DNA of 64,000 bases from the human T2T-CHM13v2.0 reference genome, Homo sapiens. The first letter of the stretch is position 1; every line of letters begins with the position of its first letter. Shown one piece after another: positions 12,525 to 26,170 of this stretch. Made by a program: the position numbers and the translations under genes. Below the pieces are notes generated by a model, which did not search any database, was not told where the DNA came from, and saw only the letters and a list, made by a program, of their open reading frames with translations. The DNA lies in the NCBI RefSeq assembly GCF_009914755.1, contig NC_060927.1, one strand, 5' to 3'.

Positions 12525-13176
12525 TGACAGAAAGCATTCTGAACTATGCAGATCAGTGTCCATCCGTGAATGAGACGTTAGAGATTGAACTTGACTTTCC
12601 CACACTGAGCAGTTTAGTGTTTCTGTCACAGACTCATAAATTAAGTTGGGTTTCCAGCCAGAGTGGAGAGGAATCATGAGGTAATTATTCGGATAATTCA
12701 TCCAACATTTATAATGCTCAGAATGATAATCAAATGAACTTCCTCCCTAATTCATCCAGATGGTTTGCTGAAAGGGTCTGCGTTTAAGTACACCTACAGA
12801 AGCCATTTTCTAATGTTCTTTAAAAGAGTTCTGTGATGATCCGTCAGAGAACTGAAAAGGGTTTTGGGGAGTGAATACATCATTCTTTGATTTCTTTGGT
12901 TAAATCAGGAGTGATCTTCTAAATAAATAACAATCTTCAGGGTGGGGTAATCCAAACCATCAAAATTGGCACCCTTATGCTGGAGCAGGGCAGAAAGGCC
13001 CAGCTAGCTAGATATTAACCCTGTAGTTACTGGACAGCCTTGGAATCCTAAAGGGGACAGGGGTGGGAGATGCTCCGGATGCTTAAGATAGTAATTATAT
13101 ATCCACTAATAAAAAAGTATGTCTATTTGACAAGTGTGGTCATATGTATGTGTATCAATTGAGTATCAGCCCTGTT

Positions 13177-13282
13177 TCTCTCTCTCTTTGTCTCTCTCTG
13201 TGTGTGTGTGTGGGGGGGGGGGGTGGGTGGGTGTGTGTGTGCATGTGTGTGGTGGGGGGAGGGGGTGCATGCCTGTGTGTGT
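13177..13282. repeat. Compound (CT)n-(TG)n-G12 simple repeat
   Basis: Direct reading. Confidence 0.9.
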
Positions 13283-13296
13283 TTTAATTTACAGGA

Positions 13297-13456
13297 ATTT
13301 TTCTTGAGAGAGGGGGGTCTCACTCTGTTGCCCAGGCTGGAGTGAAGTGGTGTGATTATAGCCCACTGCAGCATCTAACTCCTAGCCTCAAGCTATCTTC
13401 CTGCTTCAGTCTCCCAAAATGCTGGGATTACAGGCCTGATCCACCATACCCAGCCT
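13297..13456 (-). mobile_element. Free Alu monomer (FRAM/FAM-like)
   Basis: Single-arm Alu: gtctcactctgttgcccaggctggag...gctgggattacagg...cccagcc, ~160 bp. Confidence 0.8.
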
Positions 13457-16094
13457 GTGGAGTATTTTTTAAAGCAAGCTCCATCGGTTACAAATCCCAG
13501 TATGCTGAAGTTTTATTCTACCAAAGGTCTGATGTATTTGAAAGGATGTCTCTGTTTCCCACCCCTTATTATTAATCTTGACTTACTCTTTCTTCTCAGC
13601 CTCACTTTTTCAGTGAATAAAATTGGTTCTTTCGTCTTTGTGATGCAGAAGACAAAACTAATGCTACATAATACTATATAAAACTTATTTTTCACATATA
13701 AAATAGGTGAAAACATCTTGTGTATCAAATTTCCTTGCCTTTTTTGACCCCCTTGACCAGTAGTAAATGGCTATACATTTCCGGCTTGCGACCAGGAGGA
13801 ACCTCTGAACCACCCTAGCTTGCTAACATGCATCTGTCTGTGCCTGAGTAGCTTAATGTGGATTATCCTGTTTCATTTTAATGAAACACCTACAAAAGAC
13901 ATTATTCAGAAATAAGCCTGGTTCATGCAACTTATCCACAGAGACCATTTTAATTAACTAGTAGAAGGTGGGAAATCAGGTTTCCCTTTGGTTACCTTTT
14001 GCCTAAAACTGATTCTTCCCAATAATTTGAAGTTGCCCTCACAGATTGGTTTGTTTTAAGCTATTCTGAATTATGGCCAGTATGATTGGAATCTAACCAC
14101 CTTTGTTTTAAACACATTGCTGATATATTTCCTGCCAAATCTCTTTTCTCTATTCTAAAGAACTGATTGCCTTTTATTGAAGGCAAGTCTTATTCTCATG
14201 GTGTCTCCAGACCTGAAACACAGTAAAGAAAAATAATTCAAGTCAGGATTTAAATATGTGAAATTCCAAGAGTACCAACTAGGAGACTCTTTGGAAGATA
14301 GAATATAAAACAAACAAAACAAAAAAACAGAAACATAGATTGTTAATGCTACTTTTTTGAGACCAATGTAACTTTCTTTTATTTGGCCTCCGTAGAGTAC
14401 ATTTTAAAACCATCAGGCATGTTGCAGATGCACCCTAGACATTTTCCAACAACACAGGAGTATTGTGCAGGATCTGATCACAGTACCAGAGACTGGAGCA
14501 CACCATTTGCTACCTCCCTGGGTGGGCTGAATTCAACTCAAGCAGTTGAATGGATGAGATAAACAAACTGCCATTGCAGTCGGTTTGAAAGCAGAGGATG
14601 TACCTGTTCTGACGTATACATCCTTTTCAAGCAAGGAAATAGGAGGCTACTCTACAGCCATGTGAGCTGCACATCAGTCAGCTGAGAATTCTCAAGTCTG
14701 TCCTTAGAAAAGGAAAGAGAAGACACTGGAAAAGCTGTACTTTTTAAACCTTCAGAGGACTCAAATGCTCTTACTGACATACGTCCTCCCTCCTCCCTCC
14801 TTCTCAAGAAATTTGCGATGAAATAAGCACTTTTAAACACAAGGAGCACCAACTAAGTCCAGATGATGTATATAGGAACCATCTATTCTGTGTAAATGGT
14901 GTGTCAACGCCAGTCCTTAGATCATCTGCTCTGAAAATATGTTCTGTATTAATTTTTCTTCTACATCTTATGTATTCTTCTCCATCAGAGCACAAATATG
15001 CTTACTCACTTCAAATATTGATTCTAACAATTTAACTTTAAGAATGGTTTAATTCACAGATGTACTTTAATTATTATGAGTCACATGTTTTCATTGTTCT
15101 GCTGTTATCAAAGAGGTAAAAAAAAAAACAAAGAAATTTACCTCTTTTGTTCTTTTTTGTGTGAGAATAATTCAAAGACAATTCACTCAGGATAAAAATA
15201 AAGTTGGGGAAACACACTCAGATTGTTAATAGCAACTGAGAGTTTCCTTCATACTGTTATTTTAAAAGTAACTTCAATATAAAGATAATCCAGGGAAAGG
15301 TTCCTGGGACTTCATTCTCTTTCCTATAAAAGACTGTTCCAAACCTTCATCTTTTGTAGGTTACTTCCAAAATAATCATCCTGAACAAAATTCTCTTCGA
15401 AATGTGGTTAAATAATGTTTCAAAGTCTGATCTAATTTAAAACTTTATGGTGTTCATTTTTTAAGGAAGGTGAAGAGTAGAAATGTGGTGGTTCATCTAA
15501 ACTACCAGACACCCCAGAACGTCTGGAGTAGCCCAGGTAACAGGCCACAGTCTAAAGAAAAACCTCAGGAACAATGGATCTGAGTGATATTATTACCCCA
15601 GAAGGAAGGAGAAAATATAGGTGGAATTAGGCAAAGCCTTTTCTTTCAGGAGATTTGGAATAACTTTTTAAGAGAGGAAGACTCCTGGATGCCACCCTAT
15701 AGAAAGGAAGTATTCACCTTGAAAGGTTTTCCAAGACCCAGCTTGGAGTAGAATAAATCTGGCAACACACACACTTCTGGGGAGAATCTCAGTACATCTG
15801 GGTGAAGTTTCATGGCCAAATTATTCCTCTGCGTCTGCTTGATCATTGCTTCAATTGCTTTATTAAATAGCTTTGTTGGTACTTAGGAGCAAGACTAACC
15901 AACCAAAATATTGACTAGAGATTTTATTCTTGCAGTTTTAGACACCTATTTATTTACGTCTTTTCTTTAAACTATATCAAATACGTAAGTTTGAAAGTTG
16001 GGGAGGCTCTATCCCATGTATTCAGATACATGTCTATACCTTTTATATTCAGGAACAATGGCTTAATTTAGAAAGACAGACTTCCCCTCAGAGA

Positions 16095-16742
16095 TGTAAA
16101 ACTGAAAAGTATCTGAGACAGGTCTTACTCAATTTAGAAAGTTTATTTGGCAAAGGTTATGAATGCATGACCTAGAGGTAGGTCTGTGCCTTTCTCCAGA
16201 GATGATTTTGAGGGTTTTAATATTTAAAGGGAAAAGGGTGGATATTGGGGAAAGAAGCAAATTTTTAAAGGTGTGGGTAGTTAAGAGACAAATGGTGGTT
16301 ACATTCTTTTGGTCTTTGACAGCCTTTCACCAAATACACCATTTACATGTGGGAAGGGGGTAGAGGAAGAGCCACTTAGGCCTTCATGTAGCTCAGTTAA
16401 TCTTTATTTTTACGACAGAGGACGCAATCAGATATACATTTGTCTCAGGTGAGCAGGGGGATGACTTAGAGTTCTGTCCTTTGTCCTGCACCTGAAAAAA
16501 TAAGTTATCAGTTTACATTGCCAGGGTAAAATTCAACAGAAAGGTTTTAGGATAAAGATCTGGGACCCACAAGGAATTTCCCTGTGGTAAAATTGTGAGG
16601 GACGTATGTGGCTTTTGAAACATCTTTGTAGCTATATTATTTAGGAATAAAATGAGAGGCAGGTTTGCCTGACATCATTCTCAGCTTGAATTTCCCTTTG
16701 GCTTAGTGATTTTGGAGTCCCTAGGTTTACTTGCCTTTCAAA
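16095..16742 (-). mobile_element. ERV1 solo LTR (MER4A-like)
   Basis: tgtaaaactgaaaagtatctgagacaggtc...cccttttggcttagtgattttgg-like end; TSD gaga/gaca; homologous to 6404-7430. Confidence 0.85.
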
Positions 16743-17575
16743 GACAAAATAAGTTATTTGACAATGATGGAATAATTTCAGCTAAAAACTGAATGTCAGT
16801 TACTTGGTGGCAGGAAGAGGAAGAGGAGGAAATGAGGAGAAAATCAGTCACTGGAAGAGACAAACTAACAGGTTAAAATAGCAGAACATAATCTGGTGTC
16901 ATATCTTGGGAAGCAGCAAACCACGCTGGGTTTGCTTCATTCCAATATGTGAATGTCTCTCAGACTAGTGAGAAAATCAACAGTTAGTACACAATGTAAA
17001 GTCAAGTTTTATTCCCTAAAACGAGGAGGTAGAAGACCCCAGATTGCACAATTAACCACTATAGCCATCTTGTCAAATCAGTGTTTTCTGTAACTGGCCC
17101 AACACAAATCCACCTGCCTAACTCTAAAATCCTTAAATGGACTTCTACCTCTAGCCTCAGAACACTCAACTTCTAAAACTGTAAAGAAGTAAGAGATAAT
17201 AAAGAAAAATGCCATATTTCCTGGAACTCTAGAGTAGAGTCTTCAACTCTATTAGAATTGTTATTTATGCTTGAAGTTAGTAGTTCTCTGTACATGCGTC
17301 CTTTTGAATATTTGAGCCTTTGATACCCTATTCAAGTGGATTAAGACATCTACAGCAACAGAAATGTAATCTTGATTGCCCTTGAACACAGTGTCATTGA
17401 GTGCAACAGTTTCTCACCTTGCACAGGAACAGTTTCTCATCGCTGTGTTCCTACACAGATGTGGTCTAACCTTGACAACGACCTCACCTCATGCCAGCCC
17501 TCTATATCTTACAACAGGCCAACTTCACAAGACCATGGAATAACTTACCCAGTTCAAATTCTCATCAGATAGACA

Positions 17576-17752
17576 CAGGAGTGATTACATAACATGCAAG
17601 GCCAGGTGCAAAATGAAAGTGCAGGGCCCTTGTTTAAAAATTATTAATAATCTCAAGATGGCAACAGAAGAACATTAAACCAAGCAGGAGGCTCTTTCCA
17701 GGATAGGGCCTTGTGCAACTTCATAGGTCACATGCCTAGGAAACCAGTCCTG
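17576..17752 (-). mobile_element. MER45A-like hAT DNA transposon (MITE)
   Basis: cagg..cctg termini, 177 bp, 8-bp TSD gatagaca/gataggca (hAT signature). Confidence 0.85.
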
Positions 17753-18016
17753 GATAGGCATTGCTCCAGGAGCCTCACTCCTCAGGAGTGACATCATTAA
17801 TTTATTGCATTGATAAAAATATGGTGGCCTATCAATATGATTTGATCACCATTTGAAAATGACTGCTCTAAACTTTAAGATTTTTGACTTCAGATCACCT
17901 GAAAAAAAGCAACATCCTAAAGATTCAAGGTGTCCTCCTTTTCTACATAATCACATTTCTTTGTGCCTTCAGTTTGCACTGTTCTCCCTGAAATGTCTGT
18001 CTTTCTTTGGTTTCAG

Positions 18017-18034
18017 ATTCACCCAAGAACCTAA
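18017..18034 (+). CDS. TAFA1: TAFA1 last exon, coding part (IHPRT-stop)
   Basis: Pyrimidine tract and acceptor ctgtctttctttggtttcag end at 18016, followed by ATT CAC CCA AGA ACC TAA. Splicing from ...ACG AGA in phase 0 gives KTTR-IHPRT*, the TAFA1 C-terminus as I recall it. Confidence 0.95.
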   Translation: MHPRT

Positions 18035-19150
18035 CAGAAGCATTTGTGGTAGTAAAGGAAAACCAACCCTCTGGAAAATACATTTTGAGAATCTCAAACA
18101 TCTCACATATATACAAGCCAAATGGATTTCTTACTTGCACTTTGACTGGCTACCAGATAATCACAGTGCGTTTACTGTGTGTAACGAAATATCCTACAGT
18201 GAGAAGACACAGCGTTTTGGCAACACCATGGGAAGTGGGCTTAAAAAAGGGTTTTCTCAGTGAAATTTTTGGGCATCATGAAGAACGATCAACTATCTTC
18301 TAATTTGAATCTATAGTTACTTTGTACCATTTGAAATATATGTATATATATATATATAATATTTTGAAATATTATCTATTCTCTTCAAGAAATGAACAGT
18401 ACCACAGTTTGAGACGGCTGGTGTACCCCTTTGAGTTTTGGATGTTTTGTCTGTTTTGCTTTGTTTTGTTAGTCATTTCTTTTTCTAACGGCAAGGAAGA
18501 TATGTGCCCTTTTGAGAATTCAAGATGGCACTGACACGGGAAGGCCAGCTACAGGTGGACTCCTGGAATTTGAGGCATCATAATGATACTGAATCAAGAA
18601 CTTCCTTCTGCTTCTACCAGATGGCCCAAGGAAGCACATCGTCCTGTTTTATTGCTTTCTACCCTGTGCAATATTAGCATGCAAGCTTGGCTTACATAAT
18701 CATACTTTATATTCAATTGATATATAATAACCGTTCTAACCTCTTCCAGGAAAATATTTTTAGAACTACTAGCTTTTCCACTTAGAAGAAAATGAGGATT
18801 CTTAAGGGAGCCACTCCACCATGCTATTAAGACTCTGGCAGAGTTATGGGTAGGATATGGATCCCTACATGAATAAGTCCTGTAAATACAATGTCTTAAG
18901 GCTTTGTATAGCTGTCCTAGACTGCAGAAATGTCCTCTGATTAAATCCAAAGTCTGGCATCGTTAACTACATAGTGCTGTAGCAACAAGTCTTATCATGG
19001 CATCTCTTTCTATGTTTGGTTTGCTTTTTCCAAGAGTATTCAGGTCTCCTCTTGTGAGATAGGAAGGCCATGAAAACAATTAGATTTCAAGATGATCTAT
19101 GTGACCAAATGTTGGACAGCCCTATTAAAGTGGTAAACAACTTCTTTCTA
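18035..19150 (+). other. TAFA1: TAFA1 3'UTR (end approximate)
   Basis: Repeat-free, AU-rich sequence after the stop codon, ending ~20 nt past an ATTAAA that is followed by a U-rich tract. Confidence 0.75.
19124..19129 (+). terminator. Probable polyadenylation signal (ATTAAA)
   Basis: cctATTAAAgtggtaaacaacttctttcta is followed by cttgtcttctttattttgccatttattttt, a U/GU-rich downstream element. A second ATTAAA lies at 18940-18945. Confidence 0.7.
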
Positions 19151-22070
19151 AACCTACTTGTCTTCTTTATTTTGCCATTTATTTTTACTGAATCAACCTT
19201 AACCAAATCCAGAGAATGCACTGCTCAGATACTCATAGTCAGCCAGAGCTTCTCCCATAAGGTCTTTGTTTCCATTGTGGCTACTATTTACAATGTTAAT
19301 ATTTTGAAAATCAGAACTCCATTACTATAACTGCAGTGTCCTCAGTCAGCAAGCCGAAATGTCAGATGCCATTATTGGGCTTTCGTAGTTGTTACTGGAA
19401 TAATAGATATGGGGCTAACCCCACCAAAAAATGATCTTCTTTTTTTGAGAGTTACTCAGCTAATGCTTATAAGAAGGAAATATCTACTTAAGTTCTAGTT
19501 TTCCTGGAGATAGCATAATCATACTGTCCGTTCCAGTCATCTTGTAAGTGTATCCCTTTTTCTGCAAAATATATTCTCTGGAATGAATATTGTTATGGCT
19601 TCTTATTAGGTTAGTAGCACATTGGGTCCCATAGTCTCAACTTTTAAATTTAAATCTCAGGTCAAATCCAGAGGCTCCCCCATCTCTACCAAGATAGCCT
19701 GAAGTCTGATTGAACATACAAACACTCTAACCAGATAAACTGATTCTGCATCTTGAAGGCCTATAAAAGCATCCAGAGACAGAAATAGAATCCTGACTGC
19801 AAAATCTAGGCTTCTCAAATGCTTTCACAAAATATTTGCCAGAAGGTAGCACAAAGTTTACACCAGAAAATCGGAATATTTTGAATTTATGATCCAGATG
19901 CAAAATATGAAGAAAAGAACTTCTATAATCAAGTATATTTGGGAAAGTTTTTTAAACAAAATAGAGATATTTACTGGGGGAATTGTCAGAGGCTTTAATA
20001 AACCAAAAGGCACTGTGTGTCTTTAGGAAAGACTAGAAGAGGAGAAGTCAAGTAAGAAACCTCTAGTTGGTCACATGGCTAATGGAGCACACATGCCCTG
20101 CATAATGGGAAACTGTAAGAAATTGCTTCTATGTGAGGATATAATCACTGCAGTGTTATATCTTCAGTTTTTCAAAAGAACCAGAAATCTAGATTTTACA
20201 TAAAATTTTCTATCATGCCTAAATTGAGATGAACTAATTCAATGTTTTAAATGATGCCAGCGTTAGTATTGCCCCAAATTCTCTGAACATGTGGACTTTA
20301 CTATTAGTGTTCCCTAGGATACTCTTTTAAAAGCATTGATCCTAAATGAATATCCAATGGGAAGAAAGAGGGCTATTCTCTTTTGTATGGCCTCATGCAT
20401 GCAGACACTTCTCATAACTCACAAGATGTCGTGGTCACAGCTTTTCCTTTTCTGTAACCAGAGCCTTTAAGTCAATGAAGGGGCTGGTCTAGAGGTCCAC
20501 ATCTGTTCATTCATTTCCCATCGGTCAATTCATGCTAGTCTTTCATGAAAAGACCTGGAGAAAAAAGTCACAACAGAATCAGGAAACCATCCAATAAGAC
20601 AGTGCAAATATTTGTAAATGTCGTCAAATTCAATTTGGATTTATCCAAGTCCCTTACACAAATGTGTGAACCATCAAATTGTGTTTAAATTTAACTTGCT
20701 CCAGTTTGGGGAATTCAGTAGCTACCATCTGCCTATTGAATCTGCACATTTATGGTGTAAAAACTTATATCACGTATTTCTGGTAATAAAGAGCTCTGTG
20801 TGGTATGACTAATATTGATTTTGAGCTTGTGCATCCAGGACGATGAATAATGTTATAACATAATTAGAGTAAATGCAAAGAGTTTTATCCAGAGCCCTTC
20901 TTTTAGTAAAAAAGTGAAAATGTGGCTTATTTCATAAGATTAAGATTTTCAAATAGTGTGAATCTTATTTGTTGACATTTTGGGGTGATTAGATTAATCT
21001 ATTAATGGACGAGGCAAGCACATTGAGAAGTTTACTACTTGGCTTTTTTACATTGTAGAATGATGAAGAATGTTTTCACCGAGACACAATTCAACATGTT
21101 TTTTTGATCAAATTGAGTATAACTTTCACAAAGCAATACAGTGGTTTTATAATACAGTATATTATACCACCTTGCCATTGTCACTGATACAGTAAGTTAT
21201 GGAAGGCATAAAAATTGTTTATCTGAGGAGATCCACCACATTCTTCACCTGCACAAGGCACACACTGCTTCCCTGGGAGGTTAAATATCATGTCATAGTA
21301 TGACTTTTTCTTTTAATTAAGCTTGACAGCCCCATTTCAAAAGCTATTAGAGTTTTCTTGACAAAGAAGTGTGTCATGTCTTTTTGTGAGCTGTCTACCT
21401 TCTAAATAAAAGACTGCGTGTTTAGTGAATTGTAGGGCTCGAGCCATCTCCAGCTAGTTTATAAATACAAGAAAACATGATAAAAGGCACTACTCTGGAA
21501 TGTGAGAACTCAGTACTAGTGGGAGCAGTAATGGAATCTTATTTCATACTACCCATGGGAATAATACAAAAGTGATGAAATAGAATCAGGTTCACACTTT
21601 AAATTAAAGATGAGGCCATTAATTGTACATACACTCCTCTTACTATATCCCCTATTAAAGGTTTAGAGATTTGAGGTTGAATAGGTCAGGATTGTTTTTT
21701 CCTTGTGAAAGAGCTCAGGGCACATCAATGGATGTCATGACATGCTCACATCATTGGTACACAAGTGGCTCTCATTTGTTTATTTACTTAGGTAGTTTGC
21801 TTCATTTTCAAAAAGTTTAAGCTCTCATTCTGGTAGCTAGTTACATCATTAAAAGAAATAATAATTGGTTACCAAATATGAAAGCCAGGATCCCAGCCCT
21901 AACTGACTTTGATAGACCAGGCAATGTTTATCCAGCCCTGATTCCCACCTGCTTAGAGAAGCTATAACCCAAGAATAGACTGACATGCTATGAAGAAAAC
22001 TTGCAGCCAAATTTTCCATAAGACGGTGTATTGCAGCCATGAGGCCATGGCACATGGATATTGGCCATAG

Positions 22071-22415
<345 letters not shown>

Positions 22416-22454
22416 GACTGTGAATAAATTTTTAAAGGCATTATAATTGGTTCA

Positions 22455-23790
22455 AGGGTAGTTCTCAAACATGGCCTAAAAGGCACATAAGCCTACAGAA
22501 GCTAGCCAGGTAACAAAAGTTAGTTAAGCAGGGCCACCTACAGTGCCTAAAATACCAAGATGAAGGTAGAAACCCTGGCACATTGCAGGGCACTAGTAGC
22601 CAGAATTTGATCTCAGCCTATTGTTGCCACGCGTGGCACCATGCTTAATGCTGCTCATTAAGGAGCCATATGTCCACATTCTTCTGACTTATTTTTAGGA
22701 CTATCCAGAAATTCAGATGCTGGTATATGAATGTGGACAAAAACACACTCAAAATATTTTTCCTCTGCTCCCACACCATACAACAATCAACACAGAAGAC
22801 TTCTGTGACCAGATGTGTGGGAGTTTTTCCCCGCACACGAAGCAAGCAATTCTGCAGTGAATACCAGCTGGATGTCCTCTAATTCAATTCCATTATGACG
22901 CATCTACCTGGAGATAATGTCGCATCCCACAGGTTGAAGGCTCAGTCCCACAGGACTGGCCTCCATTTCTGATGCCAGTCACAGCCCCAAGTTGTTTTAC
23001 CTGTGCTTCTGACTGACTGGCTACAAACTGAGGATCCCACAACCCCCTCCTTGGGTTCTATTAATTTGCTAAAGTGACTGATAGAATGCAGGGAAACACT
23101 TACTTTTATTTACCAATTAATTATAAAGGACAGTACAGAAGATATAGATGAAAAGATGCATAGTATGAAGTATAGGAAGGGGTATTGAGCTTCCATGCCC
23201 TCCCTGAGCACACTACCCTCCAGGACCTCCACGTGTTCGTCTGTCCAGGATCTCTCCAAACCCTGTCCTTCTGGGTTTTTATGGAGGCTTCTTTACATAG
23301 GCGTGATTGACAAAATCATTGGCCATTGGTAATCAGGTCAACCTTCAGCTCCTGTCCCCTCCCTAGATGTTTTGGGTGGGGCTGAAGTCCCAACCCTCTA
23401 ATCCTGCCTTGGATCTAATCTTTTAGGATAGATGGTCCTTCCAGAGACCAGCCCCTATCCTAAAGCTAATAGAAGCAGCCAGCCATCATCAGTCAGCTCG
23501 TTAGCATATAAAAAGACATCACTTGGAAATTCTAAGGAGTTTAAGAGTTGTATGCCAGGGAACCATGTTGAAAATCAAAAATATATTTCACAATATCACA
23601 ATATGAAATGTCCAAATCTCATATATTTATAACCCATTAGAATTTTGTTAAATCTGGCCCAAAATTATATTATTCTCATATATTTGCATTTTCATGGGAT
23701 TCCTCTGGTGGTAGAAAAAGTGGCAGAAAAGGCTAGTTTGCAGGCAATTACACACAACCTATAGCCTGTCTTACCTATGCCACTGAGGAT
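22455..23790. mobile_element. hAT-Charlie remnant (MER102-like) split by an LTR
   Basis: attgttgccac...ttctgactt...ccagaaattcagat before the LTR; atatgaaatgtcc after it. Confidence 0.45.
22730..23600 (-). mobile_element. MER21-family solo LTR
   Basis: acaacaatcaacacagaagacttctgtgacc...ggctcagtcccacaggactg...atttcacaatatcaca (reverse complement of the MER21 start tgtgatattgtgaaatata). Confidence 0.8.
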
Positions 23791-25024
23791 GCTGTGGGCA
23801 CATCAGTTGTCGTCTACTGCATGAAATGTCAGGGTTGCAAAAAGGAGCCAACCTCTCTCCTAGAATGGAGTAAAATTATTGCATTTCCATGAGCTCCAAC
23901 TTTGGGGTAACCAAGCTAGTGGAGGAGCAAACATTGGGGACCAAAAGGAAGCAGTATAAGGTTGCCAGAGCCTATCAGTTAGTGCAAAAAGTCCCGAGAT
24001 GCTTGTACATCTACTCAATGCTAGGTACTGGCTGCCCAATAAAAATGGCCTCCCCCTCTGATTCTATATTGAGTCACATAAAATCATTTCATGACTCCTG
24101 CTGCTGTCTACATTCATACCTGGACTCCATGTGAGTTCTTGCTGTGTTTGGATCCTAATCTGACTCCTCCCGAGATGGCTATACTGAGAAGCTTTCAAGG
24201 TTTCTCACCCCCTCCCCCACCGCTCATCTCACCACTATCACATTTTCTCCTCTCTTCTCCCCTTTACATCTCACACCTAAAAGGCACTGTGTGTATTGAA
24301 AAGAACTCCTCAGAGATTCAAGTCCTTGCCTTCCATTTAAAAATTCAACCCAGAAAAGCTTGCAACCTCTCTCCCAGAGTTTTTGCATGTAAAATGGAAA
24401 TCATTATACAAGACTTAAAGGTTATGGGAGGATTAGAGAAATGGAGAAAGTGGGAATGTTATACAAATATAAAGCAGTAGATAAGCAATGGTTATTCCCA
24501 GAGAACTGTTACTGTGTTATTCTCAAATTACTAAGGTGTCACCTAGGTGCTCCCTGTGTCTCTGCTCGCTCCACTCAAGACAGACAAACTTAGCAAAAAT
24601 AACCAAAATTTTATTTCATATTCCTTTTCTAGAAACCTGGAAGACTAGACAGATGCTTTCTCAACTTTGTAGAATTCTCCATCTGCTAGACAGTGTTTTT
24701 AAGCCACTGTAAAATGCTGGTATAACCCACACTTGAGTGACACCATTGACATAAGCAAGTAATAGCGTGTTGGAGAATGCACCCTGCTGGTGTCCAGAGT
24801 GTTAATTCAGAAGTTGAGTTGCTAATGACTTGTGCCATCTGGTGTGTAAGACCATGATCAGCAACTATACACAATGCCATGGCCAGGCCACTCTTTCCCT
24901 CACACTCAGCCCCTTTGTCATTCAGGCTAACTGTCCAAGCAGATTCACACATAACCCTGCATACTGCAGAGGTGTGACCTTTCATGCCCTCTCTTACACC
25001 CACCTCACTGGTAAAGACTTTTTT

Positions 25025-25630
25025 TGTTCATTAATTCACTCATTCATTCAATAAACAAATATCTGTTGAGTTCTTACTATGTGTTAGGAACACTACTAGA
25101 TACTGGGGGTGACTTCAGAGCTTACATTGTTCTAGAGGAAACAGACAAAAACAAAAGTAAACAAATAATTAAAAATCATGATACAAAAGAAATTCAGAAC
25201 AAGCCAAGGAAGTAAACAATGGGAGGGAAATGCTAACTTTAGGTAAGATGACCATGGAACATCTCCTGGAGGAGGTGGCATTTAGCTGAGAACTAGAGGA
25301 TAGCAAGATACAACGATGCAGAGAGCTGAGGGGGAGTGGGAGTGAACCAGTGGGGGTGTTTCAAGTGGACAAATTAGTATGTGCCACTGCCCTAGCCAAG
25401 GAAGAACTCAATGTGTTGGTGAAACTTACAGAAAGTCTCTTCAGTTTGATTTGAAAGCAGAGTAATTGAGAGCAAAGTGGCATGAGACTGGGGAAGTAAC
25501 CTTGAAGTCAGATTATGGGGCCATGTAGGGCATGATAAAGAGTGTGGGTTTTATCTGATTTGTAGCAGGAAGACATGAAAAAGGATTTTTAAGCCAAGAG
25601 TGACACAATCTGATTTATACTTGCAGCAGA
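25025..25630 (-). mobile_element. L2 LINE 3' fragment
   Basis: ttcattcattcaataaacaaatatctgttgagttcttactatgtgttagg...gagcttacatt... Confidence 0.75.
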
Positions 25631-25699
25631 TGCTATTGGTGTCTATCCATATTCTGTCCTTGTTCCCTTATACGTGCAGGGCAAACCAGATATGTCAGG

Positions 25700-26170
25700 G
25701 AATTAGGAGAGCAACCATTGACAAATAAGGCTGATATATAAATTTCCAGCTCCCTTGCTCCCAGGTGGGCAACACTGAGGTATGCTCCACATCAGGGCTA
25801 CCCAGTGGAACTTTCTGCAATGTGAAGATATTCTGTATCTGAGCTATCCAGTGTGGTAGCCAATTGGCACGTGGAACTATTGAGCACTTGAAATGTGGCA
25901 GTTGCAATGCAGAAACTGATTTTTAGTTTTATTTAATTTTAAATGTTTAATTAACCTAAAATTATATTTAGAAAGCCACATTCATCCAGTGGCTATCATA
26001 TTGTACTGCACAGTTCTCTTCAGCATTTAAGAATTCCCAAATAAGACTGAGCCCAAGTTACCCAAAGCTGCAGCCTGCCCATAAACACACACTTTATTGG
26101 CTTCCCTTAATTTTCTGTCTTATATCCTTACTTCCTTATCAGTGCTTCCTGGCTTCATCTTTCAAATAAA
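25700..26170. mobile_element. Old ERVL LTR (LTR16-like) interrupted by MER3
   Basis: tttccagctcccttgctcccaggtgggcaacactgagg and gagcccaagttaccc...cactttattggcttccc flank the MER3. Confidence 0.45.
25793..26012. mobile_element. MER3 (hAT-Charlie)
   Basis: ggaactttctgcaatgtgaagatattctgtatctg...tattgagcacttgaaatgtggc...agccacat...gtggcta. Confidence 0.75.

Noticed and set aside
17853-18303. 136-aa and 98-aa ORFs over the last exon
   Set aside because: They cross the intron/exon boundary in frames other than the spliced IHPRT* frame, start at non-ATG codons and resemble no known protein.
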